From the sequence record NZ_CP027239.1: a DNA stretch of 64,000 nt; one strand, given 5' to 3'. Both the position numbers and the translations under genes were made by a program. Source of the stretch: a plasmid. Shown here piece after piece: positions 58,454 to 64,000 of this stretch. Position 1 is the stretch's first letter. Every line of letters starts with the position of its first letter. The notes under the pieces are model-generated. The model did not search any database. It was given only the letters and a program-made list of their open reading frames with translations, and was not told the DNA's origin.

Positions 58454-59251
58454 GTGATCTCCTCGCGCCCACTCGTGACCTACCCACTACGGGAGGCGTC
58501 TGTCGTCGAACAGGACTCCGCCACCGCGGTCGCGGAACGCTTGGACCGGGCCGCCGACCGCGGAATGGACGAAGCCACCGTCGCCTACCCAGTCCCGCCC
58601 GGGCGGGTCGACATGAGCCAGGCGATGCAGTCCGATGCGCAGGCCTACCTCGGGCTGCCGAGTTCGGCGACCCCGTTCCGTAGAAGACAGCGACGCATCC
58701 TGCGGCGCCCCGCCCAGCGGGTCGGCATCGCCATCGACCATTCGCCCTCGATGCACGACGTCCTGGACGCGGCCGTCGCTGCGGCGTGGGTAGTGGAGGT
58801 GGCCGCCTCGCGCGCCCGGCAGGCACGCAGCACCGTTGCACTGTCGACGTTCGACACCACGGCCCACCTGGTCGAGTCGGGCTCGACCACGCACGTACCG
58901 GTGCTTTCGACCGCCGCTCCCGGCGCCGGGAACCACTCCTCAGCGCTGCCGGAGTCGCTCGAGCTGCTGCGGGGGCAGCTGGAGCTGGACCACTTCCCTG
59001 ACGACTCCCGGCTGGTCGTGGTGATCTCTGACAGCGTGCTGGCAGAGCCGGAGCGGGTCGCCCACGCGATCGACGATCTGCACGCAAGTGGCGTGCGGGT
59101 GCTGTGGATCTCGATCGACGAAGACGTCCCCGCATACCTCCCGGCCGCGACGGCCACTCTCACCGCGACCAAGGAGACGCTGATGCGGGCCTTGCCCGAC
59201 GCGGTCACCCAGGCACTGAGCGACACCGAGAACCCGGAGGGATACCAATGA
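58454..59251 (+). CDS. von Willebrand factor A (VWA) domain protein
   Basis: MIDAS motif GIAIDHSPSM (DxSxS) plus downstream Thr/Asp positions; divergent from the MoxR gene. Start uncertain: GTG 58454 or ATG 58565. Confidence 0.55.
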   Translation: MISSRPLVTYPLREASVVEQDSATAVAERLDRAADRGMDEATVAYPVPPGRVDMSQAMQSDAQAYLGLPSSATPFRRRQRRILRRPAQRVGIAIDHSPSMHDVLDAAVAAAWVVEVAASRARQARSTVALSTFDTTAHLVESGSTTHVPVLSTAAPGAGNHSSALPESLELLRGQLELDHFPDDSRLVVVISDSVLAEPERVAHAIDDLHASGVRVLWISIDEDVPAYLPAATATLTATKETLMRALPDAVTQALSDTENPEGYQ

Positions 59252-60270
59252 CCGCCTGGCAGGACAGCCTTTCGCGTGGCGACAGCATGGTCGCCTGGTC
59301 TCCGGGCCGCGCAGCCCGGCAGGCCGTGGCCTGGCGGTACGCGTTCGCGCACTGGCTGACTTCTGATCAGGCCGCACTGATGCGGTACGTGCCAGAGCAG
59401 CAGCAGGCGCTGAGTTGGTGGGCAGCCACACGCGGTGATGAGCGCGCCGACATCTCCGAAGTGATGCCGGCCTGGCTGTCGACCTTCTACGGGGTGGACA
59501 CCACCGATCTGGAGGTCAGCGCGGACGATTCACTGTCGCTCACGGCCCGCCGCATCGGCAGACTGTGCGCACTGCGCTCGCAACAGATCCGCACCGCCGG
59601 CCCAGTCGTGGTGGACCCCACCTCCCAGGCCGCACTTCTGGCGATGGTCGACACCGACCGATACCGGGGGCCTGACGCCAAGGCCCTAGCCGCACTGCCT
59701 GACACGGGACTGCTGGTGTTCCCTCACCCCATCCTGCGAACCGGGAAGGTGGAAGGCCCGACCCTGCTGGCCGAACCCGCCACCCCATCGCCCCTACGAG
59801 CCATCTGCTGGTCGAGCGAGGCCACAACGCAGGGGCCCGCCATCAGGGTGCTGGACCTGGCCGACATGAGCGGGCAGTGGGGCCGCACCGGCGACGCGGC
59901 GTTCGATGCGCAGGTGCGGCAGCAACTGTCAGCGGCGCATCAGCAACTGCCGCCGCTGATGTTCCACGGGGAGGTGGCCGTAGTTGCCGGCGCGGTTGAC
60001 GGCGCGCAGCAGGCCCAGCGATCCCTGGTCAGTGCCGGCAAGGAGCGGCGGGGCCGGGCGGCCTCACCGTGGTCACCCCAGACTGTTCTGGTCGACGAGG
60101 ACGGGCTCCTGGCGTCGCGGGTGCTCAGTGTCTTCGCCCATGCGGTTACTGCGCCACTACTGGAAGGCAGTGAGAAGACTGTGCCCACGCCCGGTTCCGC
60201 GCGCGATTCGGGGGCGGGCAGCCTGACCGCAGTGAAGGTCTACAACCGGCCTGGGGGATCTGCGCCGTAG
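59248..60270 (+). CDS. hypothetical protein co-transcribed with VWA gene
   Basis: ATGA overlap with the VWA stop; 340 aa; no recognised motif. Confidence 0.45.
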   Translation: MTAWQDSLSRGDSMVAWSPGRAARQAVAWRYAFAHWLTSDQAALMRYVPEQQQALSWWAATRGDERADISEVMPAWLSTFYGVDTTDLEVSADDSLSLTARRIGRLCALRSQQIRTAGPVVVDPTSQAALLAMVDTDRYRGPDAKALAALPDTGLLVFPHPILRTGKVEGPTLLAEPATPSPLRAICWSSEATTQGPAIRVLDLADMSGQWGRTGDAAFDAQVRQQLSAAHQQLPPLMFHGEVAVVAGAVDGAQQAQRSLVSAGKERRGRAASPWSPQTVLVDEDGLLASRVLSVFAHAVTAPLLEGSEKTVPTPGSARDSGAGSLTAVKVYNRPGGSAP

Positions 60271-60287
60271 TCGCCCCGGCGGCCCGC

Positions 60288-61082
60288 TTACCGGATCTGC
60301 AGCCTCGGAACATTCGGCACCTGCACTGGGGCCAGCTGCACATCCGGTGCAGGAGCCGGTGCAGGAGCCGGTGCGGGCGCCGGGGCAGGCGCAGGGGCCG
60401 GTGCGGGCGCAGGGGCCGGTGCGGGCGCAGCCTGCCGGACCGGCGGCTGATACTGCTGCACTGGCGGCTGATACTGCTGAACAGGGGGCTGATACCGCGG
60501 AGCAGGGGCCGGTGCGGGGGCCGGTGCGGGGGCCGGGGCAGCCTGCCGCGCAGCCGCCGGCGGAGACGACGCGGCCCTTGCCGCAGCCTCCCGCTCCTCG
60601 GCCTTCTTCCGCTCCTCTTCCTTGCGCTTGTCCTCTTCCTTCTTCCGCGCCTCTTCCTTGCGCTTCTCCGCCTCGGCTTCACGCTCGGCAACGAACTCCG
60701 ACATCGCCTCCGAGTCGAAACCCGACTGGGGCCCCGCGACCGGCTTGCGGTCCACGATCGGCGCAGCAGCCGCCTCCGGGGCGGCATCTTCCTCCGCCGC
60801 CACCGATTGGACATTGCCGGCGTCGCCACTGGCGTTGCCCAACACCATCCAGCCGCCGGCGCCGATGACGGCCGCCAGGGCGACACCCGAAGCCAGCTTC
60901 AACGCCGGCGACTTGGAGGACCGCGCGACGGACGAGGACGCGGCAGGGCGGGGACTGGGCTCGGCGCGCTCACCCGTTCGCGAGTCGGCCTCGAGGACTG
61001 CCTGGTCCTCAACATCGGCCTTCTGCGCGCGCTCAGCCTGAGCGGCTCGAATCGCTTCCGCTCGCGACATCGACTGCGTCAT
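60288..61082 (-). CDS. membrane-anchored repeat protein (KE-rich region, PA repeats, YQPPVQQ x3)
   Basis: Single TM (ALKLASGVALAAVIGAGGWMVL), then a charged region (EAEKRKEEARKKEEDKRKEEERK), then (AP)n repeats and three YQPPVQQ repeats. Confidence 0.55.
   Translation of the reverse strand: MTQSMSRAEAIRAAQAERAQKADVEDQAVLEADSRTGERAEPSPRPAASSSVARSSKSPALKLASGVALAAVIGAGGWMVLGNASGDAGNVQSVAAEEDAAPEAAAAPIVDRKPVAGPQSGFDSEAMSEFVAEREAEAEKRKEEARKKEEDKRKEEERKKAEEREAAARAASSPPAAARQAAPAPAPAPAPAPAPRYQPPVQQYQPPVQQYQPPVRQAAPAPAPAPAPAPAPAPAPAPAPAPAPAPDVQLAPVQVPNVPRLQIR
60330..60550. repeat. tandem DNA repeats inside repeat-protein gene
   Basis: GGNGCNGGNGCN hexanucleotide-type repeats and 3x CTGATACTGCTG-like units encoding the PA and YQPPVQQ repeats. 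Confidence 0.6.
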
Positions 61083-61223
61083 ACCTGGCCCCTCCCCTGC
61101 ATGTCCCGATACCTCATCCTATGCCCGACACGTGCCGGCCCCAATGGCCTCACACAGCCGACAAACCCCGGCGATACGGTCTGTGCACAACCACCGTTCA
61201 CCATCGCCTACCCCGGAGTGACC

Positions 61224-61907
61224 ATGACCCAGCAGCACACGTTGGATCTGACTGGCCAGCGCGGCCACTGGGGATACACACGCACTCAGGGGCTATGGGC
61301 ACAGGTGCGCACCCCGCACGGGATGGTCAGCGTCGGCGACAGTGAGCCCCAGCTGCGCACCCTCGGGGCACTGGCGGCGGCACTGGATTGCGAGGACACC
61401 TGCAGCAGTGCTGGCATCACCCTCGCCGATGTCTTCGACGAACTGGACCGGACATGGAAAGCGGCCCCCGGCGAGCCGACGTGGACCACCGCGCGTATCG
61501 CCCGCCGCGACGCCGCCCGACACCTCGTGGCCCACCACGGCATGAGCGTCGCCGCCGCGGCCCATTACTGCGGCGCCTGGGCCGACGACCTCCCACCGCT
61601 GCCCGAGCGAGATCGCTTAGCCGACCCGACTGGCCGCTGGTGGATCACTGAGGACGGCACCCTGGCGCGCAGTTACGGTCACACCGAGCTGTCCGAACTC
61701 TGCGTGGTCGCGCATCGGTCAGTGCGGGCGACCTACTGCCTGTACGTGCTCCCCGGTTTGCCACACGTGGGCAAGGAGACGCGGATGCGGGAGATGCAGT
61801 GGTGGACCCCGATAGACGCCGCGACCGCCGAGGAAGTCGTGCAGCGGTGGGGAACCGCCCCAGGTCTCGTGGCGTATATCGACGACAACATCGACTGCGT
61901 CCGCTGA
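61224..61907 (+). CDS. hypothetical protein
   Basis: ATG in frame within ORF 60807..61907; the upstream region of that ORF is antisense artefact. Confidence 0.4.
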   Translation: MTQQHTLDLTGQRGHWGYTRTQGLWAQVRTPHGMVSVGDSEPQLRTLGALAAALDCEDTCSSAGITLADVFDELDRTWKAAPGEPTWTTARIARRDAARHLVAHHGMSVAAAAHYCGAWADDLPPLPERDRLADPTGRWWITEDGTLARSYGHTELSELCVVAHRSVRATYCLYVLPGLPHVGKETRMREMQWWTPIDAATAEEVVQRWGTAPGLVAYIDDNIDCVR

Positions 61908-62026
61908 CCCGCACCGCTCCCTTCGCAGGACACCACACCGGCAAGAGCGGCTGAGACGATCTACGCCGACAACCCACCCGGACCTGGTACGGATCGCTCA
62001 CCGAGCCGCCGAAGAGGAACCCCCAC

Positions 62027-62902
62027 ATGACTGCCCCGACCGTGCTCTGCAGCCACGACGACTGCGACCGACCCCCCGTTGCTCGTGGCCGATGCAAGCG
62101 CCACTACGTTGCGTACCGCAAGCGCATGAGCCTCTACGGCAAGTGGGAGATCGGCTACGTCGACGCCAACGCTGCTCGCGACCGCGTCCTCGCGCTCGTC
62201 GACGCAGGGATGCCCCTCGCGCAGATCGCCGCCCGCATCTATACCGACCCGTGCGTTTTGCAGCGCCTCAAGAACCATCCGGGCGGCGAGGGGCTCCAGG
62301 CATCTCGTCGGGTTGTGGACGCGATCCTGGCGCTGGACCCGAGCGTCGTCTACACCGCCTACCTCGACGCTGCCGATGAGGCGCACGTTGATGGGACCGG
62401 TAGCCGCCGGCGGCTGCGCAGCCTTGTCGCCGTCGGGTGGACGCAGCGTGAGCTCGCCGAACGCTGCGACTGGGTCTACGAGAACTTGAACTACTTCATC
62501 AACCACGAGGACCGCGGTTTAACCGCTGCCGCCGCACGGCGCGTTGCCGCCGTCTTCACCGAGCTGCAGCTTCACCCAGAGGGCGGGCCATCGACGAAGG
62601 CGCGTCGCCTGGCTCGCGCCAAGGGGTGGGTTCCGCCGCTGGCGTGGGACGAGGACACGATCGACGACCCCCACGCGCGCCCTGCTGAGCTCCCCGACGA
62701 CGACCGGGAACACATCGTGGACGAAATCCTGGTTGAGCGTTGCGTCGCGGCGTGGCGATCCAAGACCCCGACTCCGTACATCCCTCGCGAGGACCGGCCG
62801 GCAGTCGCCGCCGCTCTCCTGAGGGCCGGGGCAACCCGCACCTCCGCCAGCGAACTCGTCGGGTGGTCGCTACCGACGCTGGCCAAGCGGCTGAGCGCCT
62901 GA
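62027..62902 (+). CDS. hypothetical protein with N-terminal Cys cluster (possible zinc ribbon and HTH regions)
   Basis: CSHDDCDRPPVARGRCKRHY; several helix-rich segments (GWTQRELAERCD). Confidence 0.4.
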   Translation: MTAPTVLCSHDDCDRPPVARGRCKRHYVAYRKRMSLYGKWEIGYVDANAARDRVLALVDAGMPLAQIAARIYTDPCVLQRLKNHPGGEGLQASRRVVDAILALDPSVVYTAYLDAADEAHVDGTGSRRRLRSLVAVGWTQRELAERCDWVYENLNYFINHEDRGLTAAAARRVAAVFTELQLHPEGGPSTKARRLARAKGWVPPLAWDEDTIDDPHARPAELPDDDREHIVDEILVERCVAAWRSKTPTPYIPREDRPAVAAALLRAGATRTSASELVGWSLPTLAKRLSA

Positions 62903-62986
62903 GCACGAGCTCGTCATGTCGGATCGCGAAGGTACGTTCCTGACCATCGGGATCGAACTGCAGGATGAACAGCAAGGCAGGCAGTC

Positions 62987-64000
62987 ATGAGCGAGAAGTC
63001 GCCCTCCATCATCACGCCACGCACCGTTCGCCGGCCTGAGCCGGGCAAGCGCGGGGTACTGACCCGCGCCCCGTTCGTCGCTGTAGACGTCGAGACGACG
63101 GGGACCGCTGACGTATGCCGCGTGATCGAAATAGCGGCCGCCCGGTACAGCCCCGACGGGACCTTGATCGACACCTACTCGTCGTTGGCTAACCCCGGCA
63201 TGAACGTGCCCCTCAACCCTGCTGCGCAGAAGGTGCACGGCATCACCCCGGCCCAGGTGTGGGCGGCGCCGCCCATCGAGACGGTTCTCGCCGAGTTCCG
63301 CGAGTTCGTGGCGGGCCAAGGCCTCGTGGCCCACAACCTCAGTTTCGAGTCGAGGTTCCTGAGCAGCGAATACCACCGGCTGGAGCAGGCCCCGCCCCAG
63401 TGGCAGGGCGTGTGCACTCTGGCTGCCGCACGCCGCCACTTCAAGTCCCCGTCCAACAAGCTCGCGGCGCTGATTGAGCTGTTCAACTTGCCCGCGATCA
63501 ACTCGCACCGCGCGTTGGACGATGCGAAGGCGTGTGGCCTGCTGCTGTCAGCGATGATGGCGGCCCGAAATCTCACCGACCTCGATCCCCTTACCGCCCC
63601 GGTCGTCGACAACGATCCCGGGCCGCGGGAACACCTCACGGTCTCGGCCACCGCGCCCACGCCCTCTGCGGACCCGGCTCTGACCCGCGCAGCTTTCGGA
63701 GGGCACGCGCCCACCGATGAGCAGTCCGCCATCGTGGACAGCTTCCAGCAAGGGCAGCAGTTGACGGTCTCAGCATGTGCCGGGTCGGGCAAGACCTCTA
63801 CCGTGCTCGGCCTGGCCCGACTGGAGGCGGCCCGTAACCCCGGCCGACGGGGGCTGTACATCGCGTTCAACGCCTCCGTCGCCCGTGAAGCCAAGGGCCA
63901 GTTCCCGCAGCAGGTGCGAGCCTCGACAGCGCACTCGTTGGCGTTCAGCAGCCTCAAGGACGGGCCGCACGCGGATCTGCTGGGAAAGCTCAACGCGCCC
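62987..64000 (+). CDS. DnaQ-like 3'-5' exonuclease fused to UvrD-like helicase (3' partial)
   Basis: Exo I VAVDVETTG, Exo II HNLSFESRFL, Exo III HRALDDAKA; then Walker A VSACAGSGKTSTV. The ORF runs off the window. Confidence 0.65.
   Translation, partial: MSEKSPSIITPRTVRRPEPGKRGVLTRAPFVAVDVETTGTADVCRVIEIAAARYSPDGTLIDTYSSLANPGMNVPLNPAAQKVHGITPAQVWAAPPIETVLAEFREFVAGQGLVAHNLSFESRFLSSEYHRLEQAPPQWQGVCTLAAARRHFKSPSNKLAALIELFNLPAINSHRALDDAKACGLLLSAMMAARNLTDLDPLTAPVVDNDPGPREHLTVSATAPTPSADPALTRAAFGGHAPTDEQSAIVDSFQQGQQLTVSACAGSGKTSTVLGLARLEAARNPGRRGLYIAFNASVAREAKGQFPQQVRASTAHSLAFSSLKDGPHADLLGKLNAP

Noticed and set aside
57024-59135. 703-aa version of the MoxR-like gene
   Set aside because: The first 277 residues are Arg/Pro/Ala-rich low-complexity and overlap the divergent VWA gene. 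Met278 (58304) precedes the Walker A by a typical distance.
1-64000. Searched by eye for tRNA T-loop/acceptor signatures (GTTCGAATC/GGTTCGA...CCA), CRISPR-like regularly spaced repeats, and rRNA
   Set aside because: No convincing tRNA cloverleaf candidates, no repeat-spacer arrays and no rRNA-like conserved blocks were found. A computational scan (tRNAscan-SE, CRISPR finders) would be needed to be sure.

Overview
This 64 kb window is high-GC (about 68-70%) actinobacterial DNA with the gene content of a plasmid or conjugative/mobilisable element backbone. No integrase, tRNA, rRNA or CRISPR array was recognised by eye. Recognisable modules are: (1) a small serine recombinase with res-like repeats, flanked by duplicated paralogous gene cassettes (families A, B and C). 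(2) lsr2 followed by an IS427-group IS5-family element (orfA/orfB, -1 frameshift) and a P-loop kinase gene flanked by an extra copy of the IS terminal repeat. (3) An ArsR-regulated peptide/nickel-type ABC importer whose operon is interrupted by four unrelated genes, including a metallophosphoesterase. (4) A single-chain MmeI-like Type IIL restriction-modification enzyme next to a run of small unknown genes. (5) A replication module with a small DNA-binding protein, iteron-like repeats and a Prim-Pol replication protein. (6) A RES toxin with a long Xre/DUF2384-like antitoxin. (7) A KfrA-like protein with a palindromic operator. (8) A 1566-aa N6-adenine methyltransferase-SNF2 helicase fusion. 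(9) A WhiB-like regulator followed by an RNB (RNase II-like) exonuclease carrying C-terminal dsRNA-binding domains. (10) An XRE repressor and ImmA-like HEXXH protease module split by an IS1182-family insertion. (11) A divergent MoxR-like AAA+ ATPase and VWA protein pair. (12) A partial DnaQ exonuclease-UvrD helicase fusion at the 3' edge. Strong GC3 codon bias creates many long spurious antisense ORFs, which were rejected. Most remaining genes are small hypotheticals arranged in co-directional operons typical of actinobacterial plasmids.
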